A stretch of 64,000 bases of DNA, taken from assembly GCA_963785725.1 (NCBI GenBank), contig CAWAWS010000039.1:384001-448000 (forward strand), written 5' to 3'. Position 1 is the stretch's first letter. Each line of letters begins with the position of its first letter. Shown in pieces: positions 60,101 through 64,000 of this stretch. The translations under genes were made by a program, and so were the position numbers. The stretch comes from an uncultured delta proteobacterium (lineage in GTDB: Bacteria > Myxococcota_A > Polyangia > Palsa-1104). A model generated the notes under the pieces. The model had not been told where the DNA came from. It did not search any database and worked only from the letters and a program-made list of their open reading frames with translations.

Positions 60101-60966
60101 GCGCGGCCGCTTCGTTGACGCCGCAGCTGTGGGCGCGGCTGCAGCATCGCGACGAAGATCGCCACTTGTCGGCGCTGTTCGCGCTCTTGACGCCGTTCCT
60201 CATGACCGATCAAGCGCAGGCGCATCGTCAGCTCGGCCTCGACAAGAAGGACCAAGTCGCCGGCAACGATCCGCGGACGTTCGCGCGCGTCATGCAGTAC
60301 GTCGCCCGCACGCTCGGCGTGCCCGCGCCCGACGCGTTCGTGCGCTACGATCAGCCGGCGGCGGCGCAGTTCGTCAGCTGCCTGCATCAACAGCGGCTGC
60401 AGGCGACGCTCATCATCGGTAAGCCGCTGCTCGGCACGCGGCGCTCCGAGCGCGAGCTGGCGTTTTACCTGGCGCAGCAGCTGTCGTATCTGCGTCCGGG
60501 ACGCATCGTGCGTTGGCTGGCGCCCGATCCGCTGCGCCTCTTGCGGCTCGTCGAAGTGGCGCTGGCGTTGGCCGCGAACGAGCCGCTCGAAGGCGAGCGC
60601 GCCGCGACGGCGCTGCAGGTCAAGGCGTCGCTGACGCCGCTCGGCTTCGATCAGCTGCTGACGCTGGCCGAGCCGCTGCGCGCGTACGGCGCCGAGCTCG
60701 AGCTGCGCATTCGTTGCTGGATGCGCGCCACCGATCTGACGGCCATGCGCGCCGCGCTCTTGCTCGTCGGTGACTTGGAGCTGTGTGCGCGCTTGGGCGA
60801 GCTCGAGACGTCGCTCGCCGATCGCCGCGTCCTGCATCTGGCCGCCGCCAACATCAGCGACCCGATGTTCGCCGCCCGCGAGCACTTGAAGCTGCTCAAC
60901 GCCCCGACGCAGCCGCGCCGACTGCGCTCGCGTCGTCCGCACGTGGCCAAAGCAAAATCGCTGTAA
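57156..60966 (+). CDS. Large TPR-repeat protein (about 1270 aa), frameshift near 57790
   Basis: Continuous TPR-like helices (A-ALE-LY----W--L). Removing one C joins the 57138 and 57805 ORFs. Confidence 0.8.
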
Positions 60967-61186
60967 CTGCCGCTTCACCGGCCAGTGAAGTCGACCCACC
61001 GTTCGTCCGCCAGCTCGCAGCGGCTGTAGCCGCTCGTCGTTCCCACCTCGCGCAGTTCCGCGTCGCGCATCGTCGTGTCGGCGCATCAGCGACAGTAAAT
61101 TCGCGGAATCGTGTCTGGTCGATCGCGCGCTCGAGCCGTTAGTCTCGCGCTGCGCGAGCTGTCGTGCGGCTCGCTCGGAGGCTCAC

Positions 61187-63091
61187 TTGATTCGACATTT
61201 GCTTATAATGACCGTCATCATCATTGGCTTCGGCGGCTGCGGCGGCTCGTCATCGCATCCGACGTCCGACTCCGGCTGCCCCATCACGATCGCGCCCGAC
61301 GCCGCCGCGCCGGTCGCGCACGACCTGGCGATGACGACGCCGTCCGCCGACATGGCGCCGCCGCCGATGACCGCGGCCGGCCCGTTCACTATCGCCGTCA
61401 TCCCCGACACGCAATACCTGTTCGATGAAGATCGCGGCAACGCCAGCGTCCTGCAGGCCAGCTTGCAGTGGATCGTCGATCACACGGTCGACCACAACAT
61501 CGTCTTCACCGCGCACCTCGGCGACTTGACCGAGAACCACGAGCTGTCGGAGCTCGCCGGCGTCGATCAGGTGTTCCGCCTGTTCGACACCAAGCAGATC
61601 CCCTACAGCACCGTCGCCGGCAACCACGATCTGACCAACTCGTCGCAGGATGACGGCTCGCGTGGTACCGAGCCGTACCAGACCTACTTCTCGCCCGCGC
61701 GCTTCGCCACTCAGCCGACGTACGGCGGCGCCAGCACCAACGGCTGGAACACCTATCACATCATCGACGTCGGCGGCGGCCTCCAGATCCTGATGCTGTC
61801 GCTCGATTGGCGCATGTCGACGGCGTCGATCGCGTGGGCCGAGAGCATCCTCGCGGCCAATCCGACGCTGCCGGCGATCTTGACGATGCACGAGCTCGTC
61901 GTCGACAACGGCGGCGGCGCGGCCGTGCTCTCGGCCTATGGGCAGACGCTGTGGGACAACCTCATCAACACGCACGACCAGATCTTTTTGAGCATCAACG
62001 GTCATTATTGGCCGCCAGCGCGCACGATCTTGACCAACTCCGCCGGCCACTCCGTCTTCGCCCACGTCGCCGACTATCAGGACCGCTACTACGGCGGCAG
62101 CGGCATGATTCGGCTCTACCAATTCGACATCGCCAACGGCACCATCGACGTGACGACGTTCTCGCCGTGGCTGCAAGGCATGGCGTCGCTCAACCCGCTG
62201 CAGCAGATCGAGGTCGAGCAGCGCGATGACCGCAACCGCTTTCGCGTCGACGTCGACTTCACCGATCGCTTCCGCGGGTTCCGCGGCCCGTCGCTGCCGA
62301 CGCCGGCGCCGGTGCCGGCGGCGCAAGAGGTCATCCCCAACACCGTCGCCTATTGGCGCTTCGACACCGGCGTCGACGGCGTGCCCGTGCCCGCGACCGG
62401 CGTCGTCGCGCCCGACCTGTCCGGCAACGGCAACGACCTGACGCGGGTCACGCTCGCCGGCGGCACCGACGCGAGCCTCGTCTGGTCGAGCGACTACCAC
62501 CCGAGCCAGCCCAGCCGCGGCGGCCTGCGTTTTTACGGCACGAAGTCGAACCCGGCGTTCGGCGGCGCCTACCTGCGCACGGCCGACAACGCGCCGCTCA
62601 ACGCGATGACCTTCCCCAACGGCTACACCATCGAGGCCTTCGTCAAGCTGCCCACCGGCTGCTGCGCCAACAACGCGTGGATGGGCCTCCTCTCCACCAG
62701 CGCCGTCGGCGCCGACGTCGGCAAGACGAGCGACGATCCGCTGGAGCCGCTGGCGACGATCTCGTTGTCGCCCGAGTCGTTCGTGCAGTGGGCGCTCTAT
62801 CCGACCAACGTCGACGCGACGCTCACCAACTGGAGCCAAGCGATCTACGATCAGTGGACGCACATCGCCGTCGTCAACGACGGCCAAAAGACGACGATGT
62901 ACACCGAGGGCTATCCGATCTTACGCAATCCCGCGGCGGAGAGCACCGGCATCGCCGCCAACGGCACTTATTGGACGATCGGCGCCGCCAACTACAACCA
63001 CGTCATCGACCAATCGTTCTCCGGCGAGCTCGGCGACGTGCGCATCGTCGCCCGCGCGCTCACGCCCGCCGAGTTCATGATCGCCCGCTGA
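61187..63091 (+). CDS. Secreted/lipoprotein calcineurin-like metallophosphoesterase with LamG-like domain
   Basis: PDTQY, HLGDL, GNHD and NGH motifs; AYWRFD, WTHIAVV and F-GELGDVRI LamG pattern; GGAGG RBS. Confidence 0.88.
   Translation: MIRHLLIMTVIIIGFGGCGGSSSHPTSDSGCPITIAPDAAAPVAHDLAMTTPSADMAPPPMTAAGPFTIAVIPDTQYLFDEDRGNASVLQASLQWIVDHTVDHNIVFTAHLGDLTENHELSELAGVDQVFRLFDTKQIPYSTVAGNHDLTNSSQDDGSRGTEPYQTYFSPARFATQPTYGGASTNGWNTYHIIDVGGGLQILMLSLDWRMSTASIAWAESILAANPTLPAILTMHELVVDNGGGAAVLSAYGQTLWDNLINTHDQIFLSINGHYWPPARTILTNSAGHSVFAHVADYQDRYYGGSGMIRLYQFDIANGTIDVTTFSPWLQGMASLNPLQQIEVEQRDDRNRFRVDVDFTDRFRGFRGPSLPTPAPVPAAQEVIPNTVAYWRFDTGVDGVPVPATGVVAPDLSGNGNDLTRVTLAGGTDASLVWSSDYHPSQPSRGGLRFYGTKSNPAFGGAYLRTADNAPLNAMTFPNGYTIEAFVKLPTGCCANNAWMGLLSTSAVGADVGKTSDDPLEPLATISLSPESFVQWALYPTNVDATLTNWSQAIYDQWTHIAVVNDGQKTTMYTEGYPILRNPAAESTGIAANGTYWTIGAANYNHVIDQSFSGELGDVRIVARALTPAEFMIAR
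61203..61226. repeat. Dispersed palindrome copy 5 (within a signal-peptide coding region)
   Basis: TTATAATG-ACCGTCAT-CATCATTG. Confidence 0.65.
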
Positions 63092-63211
63092 CACCGAGAT
63101 ACTGGGCGAAGCGTCGGCCGACGCCGCGCCCGGCTACGAAGCCGTGTCGCTGCCGTCGAGCGCCGGCGGCACGCGCCGCGATCGAGCCACGTGGTGCGGT
63201 GGTGAAGCACC

Positions 63212-63248
63212 GAAGGGCGCGCCGCCGGCCACGCGCGGCGCGCCCTTC
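63212..63248. terminator. Perfect 14-bp stem-loop between convergent genes
   Basis: gaagggcgcgccgc-N9-gcggcgcgcccttc, 13 nt downstream of the rtcB stop; no clear U-tract. Confidence 0.5.
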
Positions 63249-63261
63249 CGATTCCTACGGG

Positions 63262-64000
63262 TTACGTGCCCTTGAAGCTCAGCCGCGGCCGCAACGTGCG
63301 CGTGATGCGCACGAGCTCGCGCTGCGCGCGCATCACGGCGCCGATGTCTTTGTAAGCCGCCGGCGCCTCTTCGCGCAGCGCCTCGGCGCGTCGATGATCG
63401 AACCACACGCCGTCGAGCTGCCGCATGAGCGCGCGCGTCGACACCTGCCGCCGCGCGTCGCCCCGCGGCAGCGCGCGGCCGGCGCCGTGCGAGCTCGACG
63501 CGAGCGCGCGCGCGACGCCGCGCCCGATGGTGTGAAAGCTCGGCGTCCCCATCGAACCGGGGATGATGCCGACCTCGCCCAAGCCCGCGGCGATCGCGCC
63601 TTTGCGATGGATCCACCATTCGGCGCCGTCGTGGAGCTCGCGCCGCGCGTGGTTGTGGTCGCAGGCAATGATGTCATCCGTCATCATTGATACGCCGAAT
63701 CGTTGGCGCATGATCTTGGCGACGGCGTCGAGCATGCGGCGGCGATTGAGGTCGGCATAGTCGATCGCCCACTGCATGTCGGACAGATACGCGCGGCCCG
63801 CTTCGCTCGTGACCTCGAGGCCGTGCAGGCCCAAGTGCCGTTCATTCGACGCGCGCAGATGATGATCGCGAATCGACTTGCCCATGATGCGCGATCCCGA
63901 GTGCACCATGAGCCACAAGCGATTGTCGTCGTCGGCTTGCAGCTCGAGGAAGTGGTTGCCGCGACCGAGCGTGCCCAATTCGCGGCGACCTTCGCGCTCG
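63262..64000 (-). CDS. rtcB: RtcB family RNA ligase, C-terminal part
   Basis: LGTLG-GNHFLE, VHSGSR, HNHA, HRKGA, IPGSMG, SSHGAGR and EEAP-AYK motifs. Confidence 0.95.
   Translation of the reverse strand, partial: EREGRRELGTLGRGNHFLELQADDDNRLWLMVHSGSRIMGKSIRDHHLRASNERHLGLHGLEVTSEAGRAYLSDMQWAIDYADLNRRRMLDAVAKIMRQRFGVSMMTDDIIACDHNHARRELHDGAEWWIHRKGAIAAGLGEVGIIPGSMGTPSFHTIGRGVARALASSSHGAGRALPRGDARRQVSTRALMRQLDGVWFDHRRAEALREEAPAAYKDIGAVMRAQRELVRITRTLRPRLSFKGT
63666..63689. repeat. Dispersed palindrome copy 6 (inside rtcB)
   Basis: CAATGATG-TCATCCGT-CATCATTG with perfect 8-bp arms. Confidence 0.8.

Overview
GC-rich (roughly 70%) bacterial chromosomal DNA. The Cys-rich lipoproteins, giant TPR protein and many stand-alone receiver domains suggest Myxococcota/Polyangia (inference). 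About 50 protein genes are supported, from a partial glnS at the left edge to a partial rtcB at the right edge. They include a four-gene cluster of sterol-modifying-type enzymes, a GltD-like/2-oxoacid:ferredoxin oxidoreductase operon, a YfiR-histidine kinase-TonB receptor cassette with flanking receiver proteins, two heavily frameshifted ABC exporter genes, a TetR-TolC-MFP-RND efflux cassette and two paralogs of an unrecognised protein family. I saw no rRNA, tRNA, CRISPR array or transposase. Structure the genes do not explain: (1) an AT-rich palindrome AAT(G/A)ATG-N8-CAT(C/T)ATT that recurs at least six times between 33.1 and 63.7 kb, three times inside genes where it coincides with rare codons; (2) a 48-bp inverted repeat pair bracketing the efflux cassette; (3) two MITE/ERIC-like palindromic elements; (4) short tandem repeats. 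Scattered single-base frameshifts probably reflect sequencing error. All calls come from motif recognition by eye; no searches were run.
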